A stretch of 64,000 nucleotides of DNA from NCBI GenBank assembly GCA_030704615.1, contig CM060731.1:87544001-87608000 (forward strand), written 5' to 3'. This DNA is from Takakia lepidozioides. Lineage: Eukaryota; Plantae; Bryophyta. The notes below the pieces were generated by a model that was given only the letters and a program-made list of their open reading frames with translations, ran no database searches and was not told where the DNA came from. The position numbers and the translations under genes were made by a program. Positions 34,915 through 48,528 of the stretch are shown here, piece by piece; position 1 is the first letter of the stretch; each line of letters starts with the position of its first letter.

Positions 34915-37900
34915 GTTTGTGAGTGGACTAAGACCAGAGTTGCAAAAGAAAGTGGATATGTTACCCCATAATACAGTGGAGGAGGCATTTGAAACAGAAT
35001 TGAGCAATTGGGAATGCTCAGGAGAGAGAAAAAAGAAGATGAGGACTCTGAGGATGAGTCAGATGAAGAAGAAGAGCAAGAACTAAAAAGAAAGAGTAAG
35101 AGAAAGGAGAAGTTGAAGAGGGATAACTATGAAAAAAAATTGGAAGAAATCTTGAAGAAGTATGCCACAGAGGCTGCAACACATTGGAGGAAGGGTGTAT
35201 GGTGTGCAAAGTGCCAGAATGAAGGCCATACCACCACAGAATGCCACATGAAGGAGAAACACTGTACTATCTGTAAAATGGATAACCATTCTACTGAGAA
35301 TTGTTACTACAACAGAAGGACAGCTGCAAGAGAACCTAGGCAAGTAAGGGTGCATCAGGTGCAGCCCCAGCCAAGAAGAAACAATGATCAGGACCACTAT
35401 GGTAGGTCTGGTGGTTATAACAATGGCATGGAAGGGAGAGGTAATTCAAGAGGGAATTACCAAGGAAATTCCAGAGGCAACTATCAGGGTAATCCAAGGG
35501 GGAATTACCAGCCCGGGAATCAGGATTATAGAAATAATCCAAGAACAGACCAAGGGCGAGGACCCAATGGTGAAGAGCTATGTTACTATTGTAATCAGCC
35601 AGGACATCGCAAGGCAGCCTGTTCATTCTGGATAAGACACCAGAATGAGATGAGAGCTCCTGTGAATGAGGGCCCAGTGGTGGCAGCTCACATGGTTAGG
35701 CCATGTGTTGTACCAGAAGTAAGTACAATGATAGTAACAAGAAGTAAAGCCAAACTAATACCTCCAGTAGAAGAGGAAGAAGATGAGACTGGAAGTGGCA
35801 ATGATATGCCTGAAGATGAAGAGACTTGGAAAGATGAGAAGGAACTGCACAAGGAAGTGGCAGATACTATAAGGGAAATGCAAAAGAGTACTGATATTCC
35901 TGTGGCAGATTCCTCTGATTCGGATGGAGAAAAAGAAGGGAGTGAGGAAGAAAGGAAAAAAGAAGATGCAGACATGCAAAGTAATGAAGAGACTTGGCTG
36001 AAGTAATATGTCAGACCAAAGCAGAAATTACCATTGGACAGCTATTAGCTGTGGCACCTTATTGTAGGCACAGGCTGTATCAAGCAATCAATCGAATTGC
36101 CCAAGAGATAGGAAACACAGACCTGAACAGCAAGGTGACCAGTTATAATGTGAAGCCGGAAGGGCGAGAAACAGTCATGGACTTTGATGATTCTATGCCA
36201 GTAATCCAATTGAGAATTGGAAGCACAGAACTAACGGATGTACTGATAGATGGTGGTTCTGGAGTAAATATCATGACAGACCAATTAAGGAAGAAGCTTG
36301 GTCTAAGTAACATGAAACCAGCCCCATTTACAGTAACAATGGCATATCAAAGAAGTGTACAGCCATTGGGATTAATAAGAGGAGTTAAGATACAGATACA
36401 GAAAATGATCTTTATGATCACAGTAACTGTATTAGAAATGGATGAAGTCATGGAGGCTTACTCCTTATTATTGGGACGACCGTGGCTGAAACAGGCCAGG
36501 GTATTCCATGACTGGAATTCTCAGTTACTAACCGTGCATAATGGGATACACGAGATACAAATTACCACAAAGAAATCTAGTAGATTACCTGCTACAAGAA
36601 GACCTCGAGGAGTCAGAGAGTATGACTGGAATGGAGGACTGGATGAGGAGCAGGAAGCTACCCTATTTGCTGCACACCCAGAGTGGGAGTAGGTTGCAGA
36701 GATGCGGCTGGAAAGCCTAAGTTGTTTGAGAGGTATCTGCTGTGGTGTAGTGACAGCAACACCAACTGAAGAGGAAACCAGCATTTACCCATCACATTTC
36801 TATGAAGAAAGAGAAGGAGAAATAGAAATCCTAGAAGAACCAGCCACTGTGAGCTTACAGGATGAAGTGGTGACTGGTTGGACAATCACAGCTGATGAGC
36901 AGGTGAGAGAAGTAAATGTGGGAACTAAAGAGGAACCGAGGATGGTGAAAGTAGGAGCTGATTTGGAGCCGGAATTCTTCGAAGAAGCTAAAAGCTTGTT
37001 CATCAAATACAGAGATGTATTTGCTTGGAGCTATGAGGATCTAAAAGGGATACCACCTGAAGTCTGTCAGCATAAGATTGAACTGGAACCAAGGTCAGTA
37101 CCAATCAAGCAGGCGAGGTATAGAATGAATCCCAACTACGCACAGAAGGTTGGAGAAGAGATAAAGAAGTTGGCTGAGGCTAAGTTTATATACCCAATAG
37201 AGTATACAACTTAGTTGTCACCCATTGTAATAGTTCCCAAGAAGAATGGCAAACTAAGAGTATGTGTGAACTATAAGAAGCTGAATGCTTGTACGAAGAA
37301 AGATCATTTCCCTTTGCCATTCACAGAAGCAGTATTAGACACTGTGGCAGGCCATGAGATGTACTCATTCATGGATGGCTTCAGTGGTTATAATCAAGTG
37401 CAAGTGGCAGAAGAAGACCAAGGGAAAACAGCTTTCATCACAGACTGGGGGCTTATGCATACAAAGTCATGCCCTTTGGACTTTGTAATGCACCAGCGAC
37501 CTTTCAGAGAGTGATAAGTGAATCTTTTCATGAGTATCTGGATGATTTCATGCAGATATTCTTGGATGATTTCAGTGTGTACAGCTCTAAGAGTGAGCAC
37601 TTGCATAAATTGGAGTTATGTTTGGTCAGATGCAGGATGAGAGGTCTGGGCCTGAATCCAAAGAAGTGTACTTTCTGTGTGAACTCAGGGGTGCTTCTGG
37701 GACACATTGTGTGTAAGAAGGGACTCCTTGTGGATCCCAGAAAGACAGAGTCCATTAAAGCCTCTCCACCACCAGTGAATGTTAAAAGTCTACGAAGATT
37801 CCTTGGGCAAACCAGTTATTACAGGAGATTTGTCAAAAGGTATGCACAAATAGCAGCACCATTGAGCAAACTACTGAAGATAGATGCAGTGTTTGCCTGG

Positions 37901-39700
37901 ACAGCGGAATGTCAACAGACATTTGAGGAACTTACACTGTCAGTAACAACTACACCTGTGCTGATTAACCCTCACTGGCATGTAGTATTCCATGTTCACT
38001 GCGATGCATCAGGAGAAGCGTTGGGAGCGGTGTTAGCCCAGAATGTTACAGGGAATATAGATTCACCTGTGTACTATGCTAGCCGGTTGATGAACAGTGC
38101 TGAGAGGAACTATAGCACAACGGAAAGAGAAGCATTGGCAATGATCTATGCAGTGAAGAAATTCAGGCATTACCTGTTGGGCAAGAAGTTTATGTTCTAT
38201 GTGGATCACCAGGCTCTGATATACCTGGTAAACAAACCTCTGATAAGCGGAAGAATAGCAAGATGGTTGATAATCTTGCACGAGTTTGAGTTCGAGGTTG
38301 TTTACAAGCCTGGAAGACTGCATCTTGTGGCGGATCATTTGTCACGATTGTCAACAGGAGAACCAGCCACAGGATAGATGATCATTACCAAATGCGAGTC
38401 TCTTTGCAGTGGGGGTGCAGGGAAGTGCAGATGACTGGTTAGATTGGCAGTGGCCAATCAGATACTACCTTGTTCATGGTCAGTGCCCACCTAGTTATGG
38501 AAGGAGCAGAGGAAGAGAATCGCTATCAAAGCTTTACCTTATACTATGGTAGGAAGCAGAATGTATAAGTTAGGACCTGATGGAGTACTAAAACGATGCT
38601 TGTACCACCATGAAGTGAATAAAGTTTTGGCGGAAGTTCATAAAGGAGTGGCGGGAGGTCATTTTGGAGAAGAGACTACCAGTAGAAAGATACTACTCGC
38701 AGGATACTGGTGGCCTACTTTGTTCAAAGATGTACACGAGTATTGTCAGAAGTGTGATGAATGTCAGAGGCTAGGACCTTTGCAGAGATCTGGAAGAATG
38801 GCCTTGCATCCTACAATGCCTACGGAACCATTTCAGAAATGGGGACTAGACTTTGTTGGACCAATTAACCCACCATCCAAGAATACACGAAACAGGTACA
38901 TAATTACAGCCACTGATTATACTACAAAGTGGGTGGAAGCTAAAGCTTTGAGGGACAACACAGCCAAGTCCATAGCAAGGTTCCTGTACGAGAACATACT
39001 TACACGATTTGGCTGTCCCTTAGAATTTATCAGTGATCAAGGAAGTCACTTCATGAATGAGACCATTGAGTTGTTGACTAAAGAGTTTATGATTGTGCAT
39101 AAAAAGAGTACAACATATTACCCACAGGGTAATGGGCAGCAGAGGCTACCAACAAAATACTATGTACTATCTTGGCTAAGATAGTCAATGCAAACAGAAC
39201 GGATTGGGATACGAAGCTGCTGACAGCTTTGTGGTCATACAGGACTTCATATAAAGTCACCACTAAGTATACACCATTCCAATTAGTTTATGGTATGGAA
39301 GCCTTACTTCCAGTGGAATTCCTGTTACCTACCATGAGAACGGAGTGGGGAAAGAGAATGGAATTGCAAGACTCCATCAAGGTCAGGAAACATGAATTAT
39401 ACCATATGGAAGAAGTACGTGCTGATGCAGCTGATAATATGACCAGAATTCAGATGAAGCGAAAGGAACAGTTGGATGAAGGCAAGTTAAAGACTTTTAA
39501 GACGGGGGATTTGGTTCTATGGTTGCAGAAGAAAGGAAAGATTCAAGCTTCTAATCTTAAATCACCATGGAAAGGACCTTATGTCATACAAAAATGTATG
39601 ATAACAACACCGCCATGTTACAAACCATTAACAAAGAATGCTGGGAAGAGTCAATGCAAATAAGTTGAAGGGGTACAGTGGTATCCATGACAAACCCTTG
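34915..39700 (+). pseudogene. gag (3' part, CCHC knuckles) and pol (PR, RT, RNase H, integrase) of B copy 2, disabled
   Basis: CAKCQNEGH and CYYCNQPGHRKAAC; LIDGGSGVN; DGFSGYNQ and FLDDF; HCDASG; GGHFG...CDECQR, WGLDFVGP. Several stops and frameshifts. Confidence 0.92.
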
Positions 39701-39815
39701 CAACATGATTTGCATGTTGAAACCGCAAGAGCAGTCACGGGGCACCAGTGTTATGAACGGAGTATGGAGCACTTGTCGCTAGGCCCAGCATATATGACCA
39801 GGGTGGGCAAAACAA

Positions 39816-40140
39816 ACGTGACACAGCCTATCACAGCCCATCACCACGTGACACAGCCTATCACAGCCCATCACAACGTGACACAGCCTATCACAGCCCA
39901 GCACGGCGCAACACAGCCTATCACAGCCCATCACGACGTGACACAGCCTATCACAGCCCATCACAACGTGACACAGCCTATCAAAGCCCAGCACGGCGCA
40001 AACACAGCCTATCACAACCTACCACAGCGTGTCACAGCCTATCACAGCTTACCACAGTGCATCACAGCCTATCACAGCGTAACACAGTATGACACAGCCT
40101 GTCACAGCTCAACACAGCCTGTCACAGCTCAACACAGCCT
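39816..40140 (+). repeat. ~30-bp tandem repeat (GTGACACAGCCTATCACAGCCCATCACAAC) downstream of the integrase
   Basis: About 6 clear units, then a degenerate tail. Confidence 0.9.
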
Positions 40141-40796
40141 ACTAAAGTTACACGATCCATAGAATCAGTGACAAGTGGACGCATAATAACTTCAGGAAAA
40201 TGGCTGACGGAAGAGGAAACGGAAATTACTTTAAAAATAGACACGTGGAGGTCAGGGCGCGACACACAGCCGAGAAGGAAGTGCAAGAACAGGTGTCAAA
40301 AAGAAAGAGGACAAGAACGGCCGTCAAAAGGGATGAAAGGCGGGCCCATTAATGAGTACGGAAAAAAAGAAACGGAACGAACGGCAAGTACAGAAAAGTG
40401 GAATTCTTGTCACATGTGTGATCCTAGTGAACTATCCAACAGGGAAAGTCCCTAAAGAAGATAAAATCTAAAATCCAGTCACAGCGGATACAGCCAATAG
40501 AAAACCAGAGAAAGGATCAAGAAAATGGAGGGAAATTGAGCGCAAGAGGCGGCGTCGTTATGAGTAACGGGGCGTCTCGATAGGACAGACCATCAATGCT
40601 ATACCTTGGAAACTATGGAGGAACTAACAGACTATACGCTCGCAATATTACTTACTAGTGGCATAGACACGAAAGGACAGAGCGGAGCTTTTCTCTTGAG
40701 CGATGCTTGCAAGCCCCGCAGGCTTACAAGAAATTACCCATAGCTTTCTGCGGCAACCATACGTTTATGCTTTGTGCACTACAGGCATTCCTATAG

Positions 40797-43700
40797 TTGT
40801 TACAGCCAAAACAGTTCGGTGAGTCTAAAATGAAGAGAGTGAGAGGCATGGAGGAAATCAGGGTGAAGAGCACCACGATTCTGCAGAAACAAACAATTGC
40901 TACCCCCACAGGCGATATAGTTACTGGAGGAGCTGAGATTGCAAGGATTGCAAAGCCTAGATTGGACATTACACCATAGACAATACATGTTACAATTTTT
41001 GCAGAACTTTGAGCCAAGGGCAAGAACAACAACAGTGAAGGGAGTTGAATTGATGATTACTCCCCTACCTCCAGCAATTGTTTCGATTGCCAGCAGGTCA
41101 GGTGCATGTGGAGGAACACAGGGCAAGACTGCAAATAGGGGACTTATTCCAAGAAGGGAGTTTCTTTCAAACTCAGGGTTATGCTTGTACCAAGGCTGTG
41201 TACCCAGGGCTAAAAGAGATAGGCCAGGTATTGAACGTTCTGATTGCCATGAAACAGAACCAACAGTATTTGAGCAGATCCTTCATGGAGGAAATATCAA
41301 AGGCCTGAAGGGACAAGAGTACAATGGGCGGACATAATGTACAACGCACTGGTAGAGGAGATGAAAGATTACAAGGTACTACCGCAAAGTCTCCTATAAT
41401 AGTGTCTGGCCCAATCATTGCTCAAATAATCCTTGATTCTGGCATACTTAATGCGCAGAAAGAAAGGAAATGGGAGTGTTTGAGCCAGCAACAACTGCAA
41501 TGGAAGAGCAAGGCTCTTCACACAGTGAGGGTGGACTAGCAGGGCAACCTTGAGACTAAGAGGCAGAGACGGGGAAAGACTGTGGTGGCGGATCCACTGG
41601 CTTCACGGATTCCGCATGATAATGTTTCCCAAGCTCATGGCCAGGAAGGGGCACAGCAGCACAGAGAAATGCTATTACTGGAAGCAGGACCTTCAGAGAG
41701 GGAGGAGGAAGTTCTTCTGTATCACAACCATCACAGCCACCTGAACGACTTGTCACAAGGTCACAAGTTATCCATGCAGCTCAACCAAGGTCACAAGTTA
41801 TCCATGCAGCTCAACCAGAATAATTGATTTGGAAAGAGAAGGGGTTAGATATTCCAACTACAGAACAGATAGTGGCAGAAATAGAGAAGGGGGACCTTCT
41901 CTATGAATATTTGGGTCTGGTCAAGGAGACAGAAAATCCAGAGGTGCAACAGTTGCCCAAGGGAAATCCTGAGGTGCATATAATACACACACCTGTGTCG
42001 GAGATACCACAGGCGGAAGGTCATGACACTGTAGCACCGGTGATAGATGAAGTAGTTCAGGAAAGAAAATCCGGTGGGACAATGGCCTGAATGGTTAGTG
42101 AGACATCACACTGTTGAAGATCAGGAGGAACAGCAGCAACCTCACCATGATGACCCTCAACAGGCAATACTGATGAGTTCCATAGGTAGGACCCACTTAA
42201 TTTGTTGGGGACTTATGTCAAATCCCATGTTCCAATTACCCAATTGACCAGCCTTGAGAGAGGAACTCAGAAGGAGTTTTGAGGCTCGACTAGCCACTAA
42301 GTGTGCAAACAAGGGTCGATGAAGAGGTCACTCTCAAGATGAAGCAGGACTTGGGAAATACAGAAATGGCTTTTGCAAATTGGCCAAGGAACAATTGATG
42401 ATGGAGGAGGCCTCAGGCCCGCGCAAGACCAGTCGCACGAAGCACATAAGCAACAGCTATATACCAAATGCAGGTGTGCAGCATGAAAGCAAGAGTGCAA
42501 GAACTGAATGCACTACATACGGAGTTGCAGACAGTGCATAACAGGATGGCGATACAATGTGCTACATTCACACACTATGCTTGACCAATCTACAAAAGAA
42601 ATAAACAGTCAAGCGGAAAAAAATGTACGAAGGCAGAAAGAAGAGAATGTTGAGCAAATGAAGCTCATTGTCGATATGAAGAATACAATCTGTCGCAATG
42701 AAGATACTTTCAAGCAATACATGCAGATTGAAGCTGATCAAGAGAAGCACATCGTGGAGTTGCAACAAACCATCATGGCCAATAGAAATGAAATCGCGGT
42801 CAATAACAAGGCTTGGAAGGAAGCCAATAATCTACTTGCTGCTTATGCGCAATTGGTTGAACCTCAGGCGAAGCGCATGGAGGGCTTTACACAGCAGTTG
42901 GAATTGTACAAGCTAAGAGAGAGCAAACTCTCAGGGGAACCACAAGCAACTTGGTGGATAACAGCCTTATGCAGGTCTGGTTAGCACAAGGGCCAGTAGA
43001 GGGCAAAGCACCACGGAAGCTCACCCAAAGCGAGATGAATGAGCTCAGGCTGCAGGTGCAGACATTGCTACAACTACTATAGACATGTCTTATAGTAGGA
43101 TAGCAGAGTTACAAGAGGATGTAGACGGACTTGCAGACTCAAGTGGAAGACCTCACTTCAAACATCGACAAAGAGTCTATATCCCTCAGGAACAGCTAAT
43201 GGCTTCTTATTTACAAGCCAGAACTTTGGCTTTTCAGTCTTCACAGGAGGGGCAGGAGATGCCAATGATACAAGAGACAGTACCACCCACCACCACAACA
43301 AGTCACTGTACCAATAGCTTTACCTGTGGTTACTACAACCACACCACAGCCACCACAGCCGAGGTATGGGGCAATGCCGCTTTTAAACCCACCTAAAACT
43401 CCAGCTACCAGGAGAGTACAGTAGGGCTATGATTATGCCCTTAACCAAATTCCCATCATGTTGGATTTGGCTTGAAAGAATTTAGTCCTCCGTAGTCATT
43501 GGCACATTACTACCAAATCATGCGTATATGGCTGCCAGTGGCAACTAGACTAAAGTTTCTTCCGAACAATGGACATATTGAAGATCATCACTTTGCACAT
43601 ACTGGCACGAAGCAGGTTACCATGTTGAGGGAATTGATTGCTTTCCAGTTGTTACCTGGAAGGACTCATTTATACCAAGACCAAGGAGATAGCAAGTATT

Positions 43701-44210
43701 GTCAGGGGGTGCGGGTTATTACTACGCTGCTGTTTTCTGGTACGTACCATATTTTGCAACAAAAGATGCAAACACGCTTTCTGAGTTATTCCAGTGGAAT
43801 CATGGGGGTATTACCTTCGGTGCCATCATATGTACCTATATGACCCAAAAGTTTGGATGCAAAAGGATTCTCAAATTCGTTCATGGTTTCAAGCGGCCTG
43901 GAACCATTTGTCAACACAGAAATTTGGCATTGATGACAACACCTTAGAGGCGATGAGGATTCTGATACAACTGTTTCTTCCACCGAATTCTTTTGACATG
44001 GAGAAGACTATGCAGTTTCAGATGGCAGAGAAGAAGCGAAGGGGGTCTCCTATGCCGGAAAGGTTACCTCTATATCAGCCTCTAGAGGGCCTCGCTTATC
44101 CAGGTAGTGATCAACCATCTCCGTCACCCAGAGACAGACCTCGGGCTCGTACACACAATCCGCCACGAAACTCTCAACGTCAGAGGTGCTCACTCACAAA
44201 GGTTTGCTAG
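40797..44210 (+). pseudogene. Degenerate sense-strand extra ORF(s) in the 3' region of family B (includes a coiled-coil stretch)
   Basis: Chain of + strand ORF pieces with protein-like composition (40797-41540, 41580-42090, 42508-43400, 43500-44210) between the integrase and the PPT. Confidence 0.5.
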
Positions 44211-44241
44211 TCGAATCGTAACCGTGAGGACACGGCTTTTT

Positions 44242-44257
44242 GAGGGGGAAGGGGTAA
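44242..44257 (+). promoter_or_regulatory. Polypurine tract of B copy 2
   Basis: GAGGGGGAAGGGGTAA immediately before the 3' LTR. Confidence 0.88.
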
Positions 44258-45298
44258 TGTTAGAGGACTGTCGGGGGACTTAGACATTTTAACGGGATCT
44301 GTAGGGTACCCTTAATTTTTGCACGACTGAGACCAACATGAGCCTTAGGGGTGACAGCAGCGCACTGTAGAGGGGGTTACACAGCCCGTCACAGTCGTCA
44401 CAACCGACACAAAACAGCCGCCAACACAAAGCCCGTCACAGTCGTCACCCGCCAACACAGCCAACACAGCCCAGCCCGTCACACGTCGTCACAGCGCATA
44501 CAGCCGACACACAGCCCGACACAACAGCCAACAACACAGCCAACACAGCCCGTCACAGTCCAGTCGTCACAAGCCGACACAGCCGACACAGCCCGACACA
44601 GCCAAACACAGGTCGCACAGCCAGTCACAGCCAGTCAAAGTCACACAAGCAGTCACAGCTTGCCAGTTCACGACAAAAATCATGGGAACGAAAAGTAGGA
44701 CAGGGAACGACTGTGGGAACAACACCTGCAAAGGGAACATGTTAGTTCACAGACACGGTTAGTGAGGGAAACGGTTAGAACCGCGGATAGGAAGATAAAG
44801 GAGAAAACGGGGAATTGAGGGGACATCATTCGGAGGAGGGACTTCTTGGGTAGAGGAGAGGGGATCGGGCAGAGATGAAGAACGGAAGTGAAGATAGAGA
44901 GATGATGAGTAGATGCTTGATATATGCAAGGCTGTAATGATATTGTAGAGTAGATTAGAGACACAATGGCTTCGGCCTGATACCTGATAAATCATAATCG
45001 GATACTTTTACGATACAATCACACTGTGTAGAGAGATCTCAGTGAAGCTGTGGAATGAATGGATGAGTTGATGGAATCCAATAGATTGATAAAGCAAACT
45101 GATACTTAATTATCAATGGTAAGATAGTTAACATGAATACCAAAAGGGAAACAAATAGGAAACACCCCCATGATACACTAGCTGTAGGTCATGACTGATT
45201 GTTCTGCGCGGGCTGAGTACTTAGAGATTTCCAACTCTTCAATCTTGGAGTTTCCGCCTCGAATAGCGAAGGGATGGGTGAGTAAAAGCTGCGCGACA
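44258..45298 (+). repeat. 3' LTR of B copy 2
   Basis: TGTTAGAGG...GCGCGACA; shares diagnostic variants with 19509-20493. Confidence 0.93.
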
Positions 45299-47175
45299 GT
45301 TGCCCGAGTCATGTTCAATTGACGAGGTTTTGTGCACTTCTTGGCCATGTGCCCGGGCTCCCCGCAATTGAAACACACTCCATCAAAGGTCGCCTTCTGT
45401 CCGCCATAAGCCGCTCCACCCGCTTTTCCTTTCGAAGCACCGGGTGCCGCCTTGACGTGTGAAGGTCCTCCCTTTGATTTCCACGTGCCATTGTCGCCGC
45501 GTGGCCTATCCCACTTCTTTTCCGGTCGGAAGGAGTCACCTTCCCGCCGGGTCTTCTTGTGGTTCAGCTTTGTACGACCTTGTCTCTCACCCTTAGGGAC
45601 ATCCGAGAAACATTCAGCCCTCTCAATTGCCTCGTTCAAAATCTTGGGTGGCTTCTCCTCCAACTTCCGCCTGGCCCATGGGGCCAGCCCCGCCACAAAG
45701 TTGAAGACCATTTCTGGTTCTGCCATGTCCGCGACTTCGGGCAACAGCACATTGAAAACCTGGACATACCCCCGAATGTCATATGTTTGCTTCAAATTCC
45801 TCATCTTGTCCCGGGCAAGCCAGGATGCGTTGAGGGGACACAACTGTCTCTTCATCAATTCCTTGAACCCACTCCAATTCAAGGTTTCCGGGCTTGGGCC
45901 TCGTCGTGAAGGCGTTTCTGCCACCATTGTTGAGCATAGCCCCTCAAATAGGTGGGAGCCACTTCCACCCGATCCTCGTCACTCAACTTGGCCGCCCGGA
46001 AGTACTGCTCTAGCTCCAGGAGCCAAGTGTTGAGTGCCTTCCGATTTCGAACGCCCTCGAAGGTGCCGGGTTCTTTAGGCTTCACCTTAAACTTTGCCTT
46101 AGTGGAAGTGGCATTAGCCGCCTTCAACACGTCTTTCAACGTCCCGCCAAACTGCGCCAACAACCCTTCCCAAAAGGCTGCCGGCATGGGAGGCATCTCT
46201 TGGTTTGTCGGAGCTCTCAAGGATTCCTCGGGCTCCGACTCCTCGGATTCCTCCCGCTCTTGAGCGGCCTCGTTTTCGGAAACATTCATCGCTTCCTCAA
46301 ACGGCCGCCTCGGTGACACGTCGCCCCCATTTGGCTCACCAGGATCATCATCTTTTGGGCCGTTCCGCTTTCGCTTCGGCTTGCCCGACCCCATTATGAG
46401 GCCAATCCCAAGGTCGATCGCGTACTGAACTCTAAGCTCTGATACCAAGTGTCGCGCACCTCCCTTCGGTAAGCTCCCCTTCACGTCATAGTTACTCACT
46501 TTGATGCGCGCGCCTGACTCCCAACTTGGCCGCCGGGCCAACTTGGAGCTTCGGCTACTCACCGGGACATAACGGTCCCCCTTCGCTTCCCACTAAACCC
46601 TCCACCTATTTGGGACTAGTGGAATTCCCTTTGGTAGATGGCAGTCCGGAACAGCTCCCCACTCTTTGGTCGCTTTCCGGCTCGCTCGCTTACTCACTAG
46701 TTTTTGGTCACCATGGGCTTGCACCGTTCTCGGGGTTACTACTCCCCTTATATATACTTCTGTAGCTGTCCGCGGGGGTTTCATAACCAGCCATGCCATT
46801 TTATGGCGAACCACCACGAAAACCCTCGACTCCCGGTGATGAGTCGCGGTGAGTCTTGGACCACTCACCACGGCCTCTATGGACCGTGATGAGTCCCAAG
46901 ACTCCCCACGACTCCCACCACGAGGTCTCCGCCCCCATGGTGAGTCCTATGCCACCCCCACTAAGTCCCGCTAAGCTACCACCACCCCTTGTGGAGCCAC
47001 CCCCACTGCAACCCGGTGTGCGGGGCTCCACCTAGTGAGCGCCTCCGCCTCCTTCAGTGCCTTGGGCACTCAAGGGTGCTTCAGCCCCCCATACCTATCG
47101 CTGCCGATGCCCCCACCACAGGGGCAGCCCCTCATGTGTCCCGACCCCCTGCCCTCAAGGCAAAGGGTCGCGACA
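45299..47175 (-). mobile_element. Family A copy 2, 5' part (LTR 46450-47175, iMet PBS 46436-46447, gag 45299-46394 with a 1-nt frameshift near 45900)
   Basis: Reverse complement of 3933-5815; joins 19508 across the GTTGC TSD. Confidence 0.94.
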
Positions 47176-47519
47176 TATAACCGTGAAATTCGGCACCATT
47201 TTTCGCCGGAGACACCTATTACCGCGAAATACGTCGGAGATTTCTTTGGTTGCGGAACCCATTACCGCGAAATTCGGCGCCATTTTTGAGATGTCGCTCG
47301 GAATTTGCATGAGCGGAAGACGAAATATCATGAGCACGGCTCTCAAAACTACAATTTTTACTTCAAACAATGAATATTATATTGGTTTTTTCTGACACAT
47401 TCCATTAAAAATAATTTTTTTTTATGTTTTTTATTTCCAAAATTTGTACTTTTGCTCATGAAAACCGATTGTCTTGCTACTCCGCTCATGCCGCTCATGC
47501 TCATGAAATAGCTAACCTC
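47176..47519 (-). mobile_element. Terminal fragment of a second, related MULE (TIR and subterminal region)
   Basis: Diverged reverse complement of 22334-22695; ends GCTCATGAAATAGCTAACCTC; cut off by the A copy 2 LTR. Confidence 0.88.
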
Positions 47520-47942
47520 ACAGATGGCGGCAGTAGCTCCAACTCGGGCGAAACCACCTTTCCCAATCTATGGAGGGAAAGGGAATCCAAATGTACATGT
47601 CAATCAGTTTGAGAAAATGTGTATAGTGAACAATGAAAATGATGATGATGCTAAGTTGAGGTTATTTCCTTGTTCACTTTTCAAGAAAGCAAGTGAGTGG
47701 TATGCTCGATTTCCTGATGACCATTTCCAAACCTGGGATGACCTTAGCACAACATTCCGGAACAGATTCAGGACAAACAAAACTGAGGACGAAGTGTACA
47801 GTAGCCTACAACAGTTGAGACAAAAGAAGCATGAAACTGTTGAGGAATATATGGAGAAGATGGAGTTAATGATGAGAAAGCTGGCTGTTGTGCCAACACC
47901 AGGATTACAGAAGACTTGGTTTGTGAGTGGACTAAGACCTGA
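47520..47942 (+). pseudogene. gag fragment of another family B relative
   Basis: MAAVAPTRAKPPFPIYGGKG...LQKTWFVSGLRPE. Confidence 0.85.
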
Positions 47943-48528
47943 GGGAAGGATAAATGATAAGGCTAAGTGCCAGTGCCACGAGGGCAGGGCAGCTTGAGCC
48001 ACGACGGGATAATGGCGGGTAGTGATTGACTTCACACTACCTGGCCACAAGGCAAAAATGGCTAAGTGCTCGGCACTTAGCAGTAGCAGAGGACGAGCCA
48101 CACTACCACGTAGAGTAGTAGTGGGTAGTGTAGCAGTCGTGGGCCGTCACACGGCCACGGTAGCATAGGCTTTACTAGTAGAAGGAGTAGTGAGGGACCA
48201 TGGGCCATGTACCACTAAGGCACACGACCATGAGCCACTACCACGGGCCACTTTTTTAGCAAACTTTTTAGGTTGCGTAGGCAGTTAGACAACGGTCATT
48301 AACGACCGCAGGCTGTAAACGGCAGTATAAAAGCATAGTATAAAAGGACTGCATGCAACTTAGGAATCATCAGTGTATCAGGATGTGATCAGAGCGATGC
48401 AATGTGTACTTATGCTATGATGTGGTGATCCTGAAGTAAAGCAATGCTTATCCAAGTGCTTATGTGTAGAGTACTGACTGTGAGATGGAGAGAATGTGTA
48501 TTATGAGAGAACGTGAGATGGTGAGAAT

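Larger units (their letters stand above)
19509..45298 (+). mobile_element. Full-length family B Ty3/Gypsy non-chromovirus (about 13.2 kb without the nested MULE), inserted into A copy 2
   Basis: LTRs 19509-20493 and 44258-45298; 5-bp TSD GTTGC (19504-19508 and 45299-45303); PBS; PPT; order gag-PR-RT-RH-INT; no chromodomain. Confidence 0.95.

Noticed and set aside
35990-36010. Programmed gag/pol frameshift in family B
   Set aside because: No slippery heptamer, and the diverged copy (~55460-55500) reads through in one frame; probably a 1-nt deletion.
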